This document shows positions 49,364 through 57,453 of a stretch of DNA of 64,000 nucleotides, piece by piece. This stretch comes from an uncultured Ruminiclostridium sp. Its GTDB lineage: Bacteria; Bacillota; Clostridia; Oscillospirales; Ruminococcaceae. Made by a program: the position numbers and the translations under genes. Under the pieces are notes generated by a model. That model saw only the letters and a list, made by a program, of their open reading frames with translations, did no database searches and was not told the origin of the DNA. The stretch's first letter is position 1. Each line of letters begins with the position of its first letter. The stretch lies in assembly GCA_944386545.1 (NCBI GenBank), contig CALXBK010000003.1, positions 41,436 to 105,435 of the forward strand, read 5' to 3'.

Positions 49364-50626
49364 TTATACAATGTAATACGCCCTTGCGCCGTGAGGCTCT
49401 ATGGTCGCTTTTAGTTCATTTGCATTGTCGGTGGTTTCCTTGCTCCACAGTTCCTTTATTTTTGCACTGCCGTAAAGTTCAAGGTCGGTAAGCGGAACGC
49501 TTATCTGCGAGCATTGCTCACCCGTGTTGAACAGCGCCGCATAAATGCCGCCGTCCGCACAGGAGGCAGTCCAGAGGATATGCTCGGTGCCGTTTATTTC
49601 ACGCCGCCACACCTGATGAGAATTTCTCGCTTTAAGGTGCATATTGAGAATATCCTCGTTTGTGATAAGGCTCATTGTAAAATCGTCAAAGGTGGTCATC
49701 TCGCCGCCGATAATAAGGGGAGAACGGAAAATGCACCACAGCGTCATCATAGTATATTGCTCAGGCTGGGTAAATTTTGTGCGGTTTGCCGTGTCGTAAT
49801 CCTGCAAAATTCCGCCGATGGGGAGCATATCAGCGTCCGGCCAGCCGCCCGCACCGGTGTGTGTACACCACTTTTCCGCACGGGAGAACATATCGTAAAG
49901 CAGCTCCCACTTATCCCAGAAATCGTCCGTTATTCTCCACATATTTGAAACCTGCTTGTAAAGCTCCGCCTTTTCAAGCAGCGCAGGTCCGGGAGAAAGG
50001 CTGAGCACCATATCCCTGCCGCAGCTTTTAAGGGAATTACTGAGCGTAATAAGCTCCTCTTGCTCGTGGGGGAGCTCTCTTGCTATATCGTCGCACTTGA
50101 TGAAGTCCACGCCCCAGGAAGCGTATAGCTCAAAAATGCTGTCGTAATATTCCCTTGCGCCGGGCTTTTTGGTATCAACGCCGTACATATCGGAGTTCCA
50201 GCGGCAGATGCTGTCCGTCTTTGCTATCTCGCGGGCAGTTTTGTCACACCCTTTGATTGCGGTATTTCTGTGTACCGCCCGGCGGGGTATTCCTCTCATT
50301 ATATGTATGCCGAATTTAAGCCCCAGAGAGTGAACATACTCTGCAAGCGGCGCAAAGCCTTTTCCCCCTGCCGACGAGGGAAAACGGTTTTCTGCGGGTA
50401 TAAGACGGGAATACTCGTCCATGCAAAGGTCTGCAAACGGCTCGTACTCGTGATTTTTTGCATTGGGTGCGCTCCACTGAATGTCAACGGTCACATATTC
50501 CCAGCCGTACTTTTTCAGGTGCTTTGCTATAAACTCCGCGTTTTTGCGTACAGTCTGCTCGTCTACCGCCGCGCCGTAGCAGTCCCAGCTGTTCCAGCCC
50601 ATAGGCGCTCTTTTTAAAATATCCAT
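49364..50626 (-). CDS. Alpha-galactosidase, glycoside hydrolase family 27-like
   Basis: The N-terminus PMGWNSWDCYG is a GH27 hallmark, and ..DFIKCDDI.. marks the catalytic region. Confidence 0.8.
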   Translation of the reverse strand: MDILKRAPMGWNSWDCYGAAVDEQTVRKNAEFIAKHLKKYGWEYVTVDIQWSAPNAKNHEYEPFADLCMDEYSRLIPAENRFPSSAGGKGFAPLAEYVHSLGLKFGIHIMRGIPRRAVHRNTAIKGCDKTAREIAKTDSICRWNSDMYGVDTKKPGAREYYDSIFELYASWGVDFIKCDDIARELPHEQEELITLSNSLKSCGRDMVLSLSPGPALLEKAELYKQVSNMWRITDDFWDKWELLYDMFSRAEKWCTHTGAGGWPDADMLPIGGILQDYDTANRTKFTQPEQYTMMTLWCIFRSPLIIGGEMTTFDDFTMSLITNEDILNMHLKARNSHQVWRREINGTEHILWTASCADGGIYAALFNTGEQCSQISVPLTDLELYGSAKIKELWSKETTDNANELKATIEPHGARAYYIV

Positions 50627-50703
50627 AAACTCTCCTTGATTATCATATTTTGCTTAAATATAGCACAGTAAAATGTGAATGTCAAGCAAAAATTAAAGCA
50701 AAG

Positions 50704-53265
50704 CTAAGAAAAGACTCCGAACTTGCTCCTTATTCTTATGCACCTGCATATCAGCGGCTCGCCTATTATCAGCAAAAACGCCGCAGACGAGCAGGCGTGA
50801 ATAACGTCAAGCGGAAGCCCCGCCATTACATAAGCCGCAACGGATTCAAGGCTTATCTGCGGAAGGTACATAAACGCCGAGGAAATGTTCATAATCCCGC
50901 CGTACAGCACGATTGCCGAGATAAAGGCATAAACGCTCATCAGCGCAAGATTGCCCCGATTCTTGAATATCACGCCCGCAAAAAAGCCGACCAGTCCCAT
51001 AGCGAGCATTTGCCAGGGCGTCCACATTCCTTGCCCGAACAGCATATTTGAAGCGAGCATACTTACCGCCCCTACCATAAAGCCGCTTTGCGCTCCGAGC
51101 GCCGCACCGCTTATTATGGCTATCGCCGCAACGGGCTTGAACTGCGGAAGCATGAAGAAAATCTGCCGTCCCGCAACTGCCGCCGCACACAGCGCCGCTA
51201 TCATCGCTATTTCAATCGCCTTTGGCTTTTTTTGCTCAAAGGAGATGAAAAATGCGGCTAAGCATTCAAGCAAAATCAGCACGGATATGATAAGGAGCTT
51301 TCTTTCTCCGCTTATATACATTGTGCCGAATACGGCGGTAAAGGGTATTGCAATCAGCGTTACAAAAGCCGCCGTAATATCCGATATGCGAGGCGGACGT
51401 TTTTGCCTGCCTTTAAAAGATTTAAAGGACGGAGCAGAGCCGAATATAAGCAGTATCACGGGCAGACAAAGCAGTATATACGGCAAAAAAGCGGGACTTG
51501 CGGGGAGCTTCAGCGGAGTTATCCCCGTGCTTAAAAGCAGTACCGCTGCAAGCGTTATCCCGCCCGAAATCAGGCACGCCTTACGAAGCGGCGGCAGCCT
51601 TTTCTTTTTTTCGGCAGCAGCTTTTGTGCCGCCGTTATATTTACCGTCTGAATATTTTTTAAAATCTGTCTTTTCGGGAGTGTACCCTGCCGTCTGCAAA
51701 AGCTGAGGGAGCTTATATACGCCCTCGACCTTGCCGCAGGCAATTTTTGCGCTGTCGGTGGTAAAAAATTCGTTTGCCTCAAAAAACCTTGCCGCAGGCA
51801 GGCTGACGGTTATCGCACCGTCAAACAGCAGCATACATTCGTCTGCATTTTCCGCGCAGAAGTCCATATCATGGCTTACAATCACAACGGTCTTATTTTC
51901 CGATTTAAGACAGGACAAAAGCTGTGACAGCTCCTGCTTTCTTGCGGCGTCCATGCCCTTTGTAGGCTCATCAAGCAGAAAAATATCCGCACCCTTTGCG
52001 TACAGCTTTGCTATTGCCGCACGCTGACGTTCTCCGCCCGACAAGTCAAGCGCATTGCGTGACAGAAGATGCGACAGCCCGAAAAGCTCCGCCGTTTTTT
52101 TGGTATCGGAGCTTACCGATAAAAGCTCCTCGTAAAGCGTATCATGGCAAAACAGCAAAGCGGGGTTCTGCGGCAGGTAGCCGACCGCCCCTGCAAGCTC
52201 CTTTTCGGTGTTTATTTTAATACTGCCTCTCTGGAGCTTTTCCGTCTTTGCAATAATCGACAGCAGGGTGGATTTTCCTGCCGCATTGCCACCCATTATC
52301 GCAGTTATACCTCCGTGTATTTTTAAAGAGAGGTTTTTCAGTATATCCTCTCCGTCCCTTTCATAGCGGAAAAATACGTTTTTAAGCTCCACTACGGTAT
52401 CGTTGCTTTCCAACGGTAAATCCTTATCAAACGGCTTAGCTCCCTCTTTTTCAATGTGCTGCGAGTACCAGTCCCTTGCAGAAGGTATATCAAAAAGCGG
52501 TGACGGATTATTTGCCGCCGCAGACAGCCTTACTCCTGCGGGCATTTCGCAAAGCATGGAATGAGCAGATTTTGCAAGGCAGGATACAAGCTTGGCCGCA
52601 GTGCCGTCGCAGAGTATTTCTCCTTTGTCAAGCAGTATCGCTCTTTTGCACACGCTAAGCAGTAAATTGAGGTGGTGCTCCGCTATCACGACCGTTACGC
52701 CAAGCTCTGAATTAATGCGGGAAAGCAAAGCGACAAACTCAGCCGAGGCTATCGGAGAAAGCTGGGACAGCGGCTCGTCAAGCAATATTATATCGGGCTT
52801 TGCAACCATCACGGAGGCTAAAGCTACCGTTTGCTTCTGCCCGCCCGAAAGCTGTGATATTTTACGGCTCATCAGCTGTTCCAGACCGAAAAACAGAGAA
52901 ATCTGCGCTATACGGCTTCTCATGCGGCTGTTGTCCATACCGACGCTTTCTGCGGCAAAGGCAAGCTCTGCGCCGACGGTATCGCATACGCACTGCTCGT
53001 CGGGGAGCTGGGACACAAACCCTATTTTTTCGGCGTTGTATTCGCCTTTTTGCGATTTTTCTCCGAAAAGAAATATCTCACCATCGTATTCTCCCGCCCC
53101 GGGCAACGCCTTTATACAGCCAAGCAGGGTGGATTTGCCGCTTCCGGAGCTTCCGCACAGGACGATAAATTCCCCCCTGTTAATATTAAGATTTATGCTT
53201 TTAAGGCTGTGGCTGTCGGTATCGGAATAGCGGTAACAAAAACCGTCAAGCCTTATTTGCTCCAT
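50704..53265 (-). CDS. ECF transporter triple fusion: EcfA + EcfA' ATPases + C-terminal S-component-like membrane domain
   Basis: Two ABC cassettes are present (GSSGSGKST/LSGGQKQ/ILLDEP and GGNAAGKST/LSGGERQ/FLLDEP). After a lysine-rich linker comes about 300 aa with at least 6 hydrophobic helices (..GQGMWTPWQMLAMGLVGFFAG..). Confidence 0.85.
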   Translation of the reverse strand: MEQIRLDGFCYRYSDTDSHSLKSINLNINRGEFIVLCGSSGSGKSTLLGCIKALPGAGEYDGEIFLFGEKSQKGEYNAEKIGFVSQLPDEQCVCDTVGAELAFAAESVGMDNSRMRSRIAQISLFFGLEQLMSRKISQLSGGQKQTVALASVMVAKPDIILLDEPLSQLSPIASAEFVALLSRINSELGVTVVIAEHHLNLLLSVCKRAILLDKGEILCDGTAAKLVSCLAKSAHSMLCEMPAGVRLSAAANNPSPLFDIPSARDWYSQHIEKEGAKPFDKDLPLESNDTVVELKNVFFRYERDGEDILKNLSLKIHGGITAIMGGNAAGKSTLLSIIAKTEKLQRGSIKINTEKELAGAVGYLPQNPALLFCHDTLYEELLSVSSDTKKTAELFGLSHLLSRNALDLSGGERQRAAIAKLYAKGADIFLLDEPTKGMDAARKQELSQLLSCLKSENKTVVIVSHDMDFCAENADECMLLFDGAITVSLPAARFFEANEFFTTDSAKIACGKVEGVYKLPQLLQTAGYTPEKTDFKKYSDGKYNGGTKAAAEKKKRLPPLRKACLISGGITLAAVLLLSTGITPLKLPASPAFLPYILLCLPVILLIFGSAPSFKSFKGRQKRPPRISDITAAFVTLIAIPFTAVFGTMYISGERKLLIISVLILLECLAAFFISFEQKKPKAIEIAMIAALCAAAVAGRQIFFMLPQFKPVAAIAIISGAALGAQSGFMVGAVSMLASNMLFGQGMWTPWQMLAMGLVGFFAGVIFKNRGNLALMSVYAFISAIVLYGGIMNISSAFMYLPQISLESVAAYVMAGLPLDVIHACSSAAFLLIIGEPLICRCIRIRSKFGVFS

Positions 53266-54127
53266 GGCTTCTCCTCCATTTTATTTCATCGTAAAGCGTT
53301 ATACCGCAGGGTATCAGACAAAATGCTCCCCACAGCAAAAGCGCTGGTATTCCCAAAGCGTCGGTATGCACTTTAAAGACGGGGTAATAGCCGTAGGAAA
53401 GCAGTCCCGTACAAAACGCCGATACCGTTGCCGCAACGCACAAAAGGGTAAGCGTGACAACGGCAAAATCCCTTTTTGTAAAGCGGTACACGCTGTAAAA
53501 GCTGCGCTTTGTACTGCCGTAGCCCCTGTACTTCATGCTTTGTGCGGTATATCCCGCATTTTCAAGAGAGGCGGAGAGTGCGACCGAGGTGATTTTAAGC
53601 ACAGCCCTGAGCTTATTTTTTACCCCCTTGCCGTTTATATCACAGCCGAGGAATTTCTGCGCCGCCGCAGTTTCCTTAAATCTCTTTGCAAAGTAAGGAA
53701 TAAACCGCATGGTCATTGAAATAAGCAGTCCCAGCGACGGGAACGTCCTGCCGAAAAGATACATAAGCTTATCCGAGCCAAAACAGCTTCCTGTTGTAAA
53801 TAGCCACAGCACAAGCGCTGTCATCATAAAAAAGGCAAACGCCGAATAAATCGCGGTTTCAAGCGTTACTGCGTTGCCGCACGACAGCCTTATCAGCACA
53901 GTCTGCCCCTCGTTATTGAAAAGGAGATTAACAGCCGTGCCGAAAATGCAGACAAGCACAGCCGACAGCACCGCCTTGCCGCTTATCTTTCCGCATTTTC
54001 CGAGCAGCACAAAAAGCAACGCCGAAAAAAAGGATATAAGCAGGACAAGCGGATGCTGTACCGCCGCAGTTATAATTATCACCGCCGCATAAAAGCAAAA
54101 AGCGGAAAAAGGGTGTAGCGCCTTCAT
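53246..54127 (-). CDS. ECF transporter transmembrane (T) component, EcfT/CbiQ family
   Basis: A multi-TM protein of 293 aa with an EcfT/CbiQ-like layout. Its stop overlaps the start of the ATPase gene by 20 nt. Confidence 0.8.
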   Translation of the reverse strand: MKALHPFSAFCFYAAVIIITAAVQHPLVLLISFFSALLFVLLGKCGKISGKAVLSAVLVCIFGTAVNLLFNNEGQTVLIRLSCGNAVTLETAIYSAFAFFMMTALVLWLFTTGSCFGSDKLMYLFGRTFPSLGLLISMTMRFIPYFAKRFKETAAAQKFLGCDINGKGVKNKLRAVLKITSVALSASLENAGYTAQSMKYRGYGSTKRSFYSVYRFTKRDFAVVTLTLLCVAATVSAFCTGLLSYGYYPVFKVHTDALGIPALLLWGAFCLIPCGITLYDEIKWRRSHGANKA

Positions 54128-54819
54128 TGATAATCAGCTCCGTAGTTGCAGGTATAGGTAAAGGTGATTTTATCGTTGTTTTGCGGCTTATAGGCGTCAC
54201 AGCTGACTGACAGCACCTCGCCGTTTACCGAAAACAGCCAGCCTGAGCCACTCCCGCAGTCAAACTCGTAAATGCCCGCAATGCCCTCGATATAACATAC
54301 CGAAAAGGCGGGAGATACGGAATATTCAAGCTGTATGTCATTTTCGCCGCACAGCCTTACAAGTATGTCAAAAACAGCGTCGCCCTCATCAAAGCCGACG
54401 GTATCATCAAAGATAACTCCGTTTTCGGGCAGTATTCCGAGCTTGTTTTTATCAAAGCCGTCAAGGTTGTCAAGTATTGTACCGCACTCTATGACAAAGT
54501 GACATTCCGAGTTATATCGGTGTATATCGTTTTGAACCGCCGGAGTTGTCGTTGTATCTGAAGCAGCGGTCTGCTCCGTTATTTCGGGTGCAGAGGTCTG
54601 CTCTGCCGTTTCGGGTGATGAGGTCTGCTCTGTCTGTATGTCAGCGGCAGAAGTCTGCTCCGTAATTGTTGCGGATGAATCGGGCGGCTGTACCCTGCTA
54701 TCGCTTGACGATGCGCCGTTATCTCCCGATGAGCTTAGCATAACCGCCGCTGTAAGAACGGCAATTATCAGAACAAATAACAGCAGTATATATTTGTATT
54801 TATCTAAAAAATGCTTCAT
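54124..54819 (-). CDS. Membrane-tethered DUF4430-domain protein (transcobalamin beta-domain-like)
   Basis: It has an N-terminal TM anchor and a low-complexity (T)EQTS-rich linker. The C-terminal DUF4430 signature is ..GSGSGWLFSVNGEVLSVSCDAYKPQNNDKITFTY. Confidence 0.8.
   Translation of the reverse strand: MKHFLDKYKYILLLFVLIIAVLTAAVMLSSSGDNGASSSDSRVQPPDSSATITEQTSAADIQTEQTSSPETAEQTSAPEITEQTAASDTTTTPAVQNDIHRYNSECHFVIECGTILDNLDGFDKNKLGILPENGVIFDDTVGFDEGDAVFDILVRLCGENDIQLEYSVSPAFSVCYIEGIAGIYEFDCGSGSGWLFSVNGEVLSVSCDAYKPQNNDKITFTYTCNYGADYQ
54566..54673. repeat. Imperfect ~27-nt tandem repeats (x4) encoding the EQTS-rich linker
   Basis: The (A/C)GGTCTGCTC core recurs three times at about 27-nt spacing, with a fourth degenerate copy (AAGTCTGCTC), inside the coding sequence. 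Confidence 0.6.
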
Positions 54820-54820
54820 A

Positions 54821-56770
54821 TTATTTCTTTCTTCGTTTTATAAAGGCTGTCAGCACAGCCGCCGCAGAGATTATAACGACAGCGCCGCAAGCCGTCCTTA
54901 CACCCGTGGGCGGATTTTCCTTATTGCCGCTGTCGCCCACGGTGCTGTCGGAAACGGTTATATCCATATCATAAAGTGAATTTCCGTCCTTGCTTAAATC
55001 ATACGCTGTCACAGCAAGCAATGCCTGCTGTGTGGCAAGGGCGTTTACCTCTCCGTTTTGCAGATGTGTAAAACCGCCCTCGGTATAGTAAGAGCAAAGC
55101 GATATAACGGGAGAGATACCGTTTTTGACAAAGCGTGCGTCATTCATATCGGCAGATACGGCAGACATCGCTATTATAAGCTGTGACAGGCTTTCGCTTC
55201 CCGTGGTATAGCGGCAGTTATCGTCAAGTCCGTTACTAAGCACCGCCAGCGCCGCTTCAACAGCTTCATTTGCCCTTTCGTTCTTCATATAGGGAGCAAG
55301 CGCCTGTACCGCCATTGCGGTAATGTCATAATCCGCCCTGTCGCCCATAAGCGCCCAGCCGCCGTCGGGAGTTCTGCAATCAAGCAAATCAGAAACCAGT
55401 TTTTCACGGCAGCCTGCGTTGTAATCGGTGCAGTCAAATGCGATAAGCGCAAAAATTTTCGCCATAAGTCCCTGCTTGTTTATAAAGTCATAATCGTCAA
55501 GACCTTTTAAGAGGTTGCGTCCTGCAACATCGGCAGGATTTTTGCCCATAGCGCAAAGTGCGATTATCACTCTTGCGTTGTCGGTCGCCTTGTGCGAAAT
55601 TCTGCCGTTTTCGATATTGAGAAGCGCCTTTTCAAGCTCGGAGTAATATTTTTCAGCCGTATTTTCGGGCAGTACGCCTGCTCTTGCAAGGGCTGTGATA
55701 TACCATTCTCCGCCTGTTTCGGCAAGGGGTACGATTTCGCTTTCAAGGGCGGCCTCGAGCATTTCTGCGTAAATCTCGCCAACGCGGCTTTCATCGGCAA
55801 GCAGCTTTATAATTTCGGCATATTTTTCTTCTGAATAAAACAGCGTCTGTGCGTTTGTCACCCTTGCTTTAAGCTCATCAAACAGCTCGTCATAAGCGTT
55901 TCTTGCCGCTGTTATCTTTTCACCGCTGTCGGCAGTCACCTCTCCGATTTGCGCTATAAGGGCAATCACATTGCTTACCCTTTTGCTGTCGGCGGCTGTA
56001 TCCTCTCCGTTATTATCGGAAACTGTTACCGTATAGATATTATCCCCGCCTACCGTTACGGTAATGACATCACCGTCGGAAAGCGTTTCGGGACGGGAGA
56101 TTTTAAGCGTTTTATCGCCTGTTGTGCTTTTTACTTCAAACGCCTTGTTGAGCGCTATGGGGCGGAATGTTACCTCGCTTGTCTTTTCGGGTATAACAAG
56201 GGTATATTCCTTTACATCTGCCGAAAATTCGGGAGAAAGCTCGCCGCCGCTTATCTCAAAATTTTTAAGGCTCTTGTCCGTGCCGCTCCAGTCATAACCG
56301 AGGTCTGCACCCCAGCTTAAGGAATACATCATTCTTATCTCGTCACCGTCGGCGAGCTTGCCGTTCTGTACGGTGTAGGCGGATAATGCTTCCGAGGTAA
56401 ACCAGTCGTTAAGCGTGCCCATCCAGCCGCTCATGTCGCCGCCGTCACCTGCGCCAAGTCCGCATAGCTCGGTTATATATCCCGTGTCTGCGCCTGTTAC
56501 GGTTTGTCCCGCCTGCGTGGCTGCGTCTGCAACAACATTCAGTCCGTTGCTGTCATCATCAAGAGTTACCCACTCGTCAACCTTTACGCCTGTCCAGAGC
56601 GGAGCGTTACCGTTTGTATCTGCGGTAAAGGTGCTGTTTTCGATTATTACACGCACCTTGCCTGCGTTATTCTCGGCAAACACCGAAACGCCGATGTAGG
56701 GCAGTGCGGCTGTCAGCAATGAAGCGGAGAGTACCGCCGCTGTCACCTTTTTTAAAATTTCCTTAATCAT
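54821..56770 (-). CDS. Sortase-anchored surface protein: signal peptide + DUF4430 + cadherin-like beta-sandwich + alpha/alpha-toroid (prenyltransferase/squalene-oxidase-repeat-like) domain
   Basis: Signal peptide: MIKEILKKVTAAVLSASLLTAALP. DUF4430: ..MSGWMGTLNDWF..KLADGDEIRMMYS. Cadherin-like domain: LKNFEISGGELSPEFSADVKEYTL. Toroid repeats: ..GGEWYITALARAG.., ..TPDGGWALMG..YDITAMAVQAL... C-terminal sorting signal: NPPTG, a hydrophobic stretch, then KRRKK. I set the start at the ATG at 56770 after AGGAGGAACAA. Confidence 0.8.
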   Translation of the reverse strand: MIKEILKKVTAAVLSASLLTAALPYIGVSVFAENNAGKVRVIIENSTFTADTNGNAPLWTGVKVDEWVTLDDDSNGLNVVADAATQAGQTVTGADTGYITELCGLGAGDGGDMSGWMGTLNDWFTSEALSAYTVQNGKLADGDEIRMMYSLSWGADLGYDWSGTDKSLKNFEISGGELSPEFSADVKEYTLVIPEKTSEVTFRPIALNKAFEVKSTTGDKTLKISRPETLSDGDVITVTVGGDNIYTVTVSDNNGEDTAADSKRVSNVIALIAQIGEVTADSGEKITAARNAYDELFDELKARVTNAQTLFYSEEKYAEIIKLLADESRVGEIYAEMLEAALESEIVPLAETGGEWYITALARAGVLPENTAEKYYSELEKALLNIENGRISHKATDNARVIIALCAMGKNPADVAGRNLLKGLDDYDFINKQGLMAKIFALIAFDCTDYNAGCREKLVSDLLDCRTPDGGWALMGDRADYDITAMAVQALAPYMKNERANEAVEAALAVLSNGLDDNCRYTTGSESLSQLIIAMSAVSADMNDARFVKNGISPVISLCSYYTEGGFTHLQNGEVNALATQQALLAVTAYDLSKDGNSLYDMDITVSDSTVGDSGNKENPPTGVRTACGAVVIISAAAVLTAFIKRRKK

Positions 56771-57005
56771 TTGTTCCTCCTGCTTGCTTTTCAAGTCTTT
56801 TTGCCTGTTTGCGCCTTTTTTCAGCCCGCTTTCTTTTAAGGCGGGATTTTTCCTTTGAGGAAATTTCGGGCGGCTCTTTAAGCCCCGCCGCCTCCAACGC
56901 TCTGGGCCACGGACCTAACTTTTGCTTTATAAAGCACGCCTCGTCCGGCTCAAAGTCAGAGCGCACAGGCAGTCGTCCCGTCTGCTCCCGTTTTTCCCTG
57001 AGCAT
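56763..57005 (-). CDS. Small basic protein with one 'homing-endonuclease-associated repeat'-like helix-turn motif; first ORF of the riboswitch-controlled operon
   Basis: The translation ..REKREQTGRLPVRSDFEPDEACFIKQKLGPWPRALEAAGL.. is followed by a Lys/Arg-rich tail. Its stop overlaps the next gene's start (ATGATTAA). The 5' end is uncertain (see findings). Confidence 0.5.
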   Translation of the reverse strand: MLREKREQTGRLPVRSDFEPDEACFIKQKLGPWPRALEAAGLKEPPEISSKEKSRLKRKRAEKRRKQAKRLEKQAGGTND

Positions 57006-57049
57006 AAAAACGGCTTTTTCGTATTTTTCGTCCGTGCTGTTCCCTCCCT

Positions 57050-57084
57050 TCAAAAATAAAGACCCACGCCTTAAAGCGTGGGTG
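57050..57084 (-). terminator. Riboswitch expression-platform terminator
   Basis: On the minus strand ACCCACGC-tttaag-GCGTGGGT is followed by CTTTATTTTTG. Confidence 0.75.
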
Positions 57085-57188
57085 TTACAACCGTTTTTGT
57101 ACAGCAAAGCCAAACCGTGCCCCGAAAAGCACAGTTTACTTTGAGTCAAAGCGGCTGTACATCTTCCTCGTCCAAGGCACATAACCGG

Positions 57189-57304
57189 AAAATACGGGGG
57201 TATTCTGACTTATGAGCGCTGCTCAATCACAGTAATGACGGTTGTTACGGATTTTCACCGTATTCCCTGTTACCTACCGGGCATAGCCTTTCGAGCCGTA
57301 TTTT
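57189..57304 (-). promoter_or_regulatory. Cobalamin (B12) riboswitch aptamer, compact form
   Basis: On the minus strand the P1 stem is AAATACGG...CCGTATTT. The conserved core AGGGAAUACGGUGAAAAUCCGUA, ..ACUGU.. and the B12 box AAGUCAGAAUACC are all present. Confidence 0.85.
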
Positions 57305-57324
57305 CTGATATTCAGTTTCTTTAG

Positions 57325-57353
57325 AGTGTAGCACATTTTTTTGAAAAAAGCAA
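57325..57353 (-). promoter_or_regulatory. Promoter of the riboswitch-controlled operon
   Basis: On the minus strand TTGCTT-17 nt-TACACT, with an extended -10 (TGcTACACT). Confidence 0.5.
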
Positions 57354-57383
57354 TAGCAACAGCGAAAAAAAATAATTTAACTG

Positions 57384-57412
57384 TTGATTTTTATAAAAAA
57401 TCCTGCTACAAT
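57384..57412 (+). promoter_or_regulatory. Promoter of the GH2 gene
   Basis: TTGATT-17 nt-TACAAT. Confidence 0.5.
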
Positions 57413-57453
57413 ATCAGTATGAAAACGATACCAAACCGAAAGGACGGCACACA

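Noticed and set aside
56763-57182. Full-length 139-aa version of the small ORF in the B12 operon
   Set aside because: The N-terminal 59 codons would run through the riboswitch expression platform and its terminator. Only the part downstream of the terminator is plausible.
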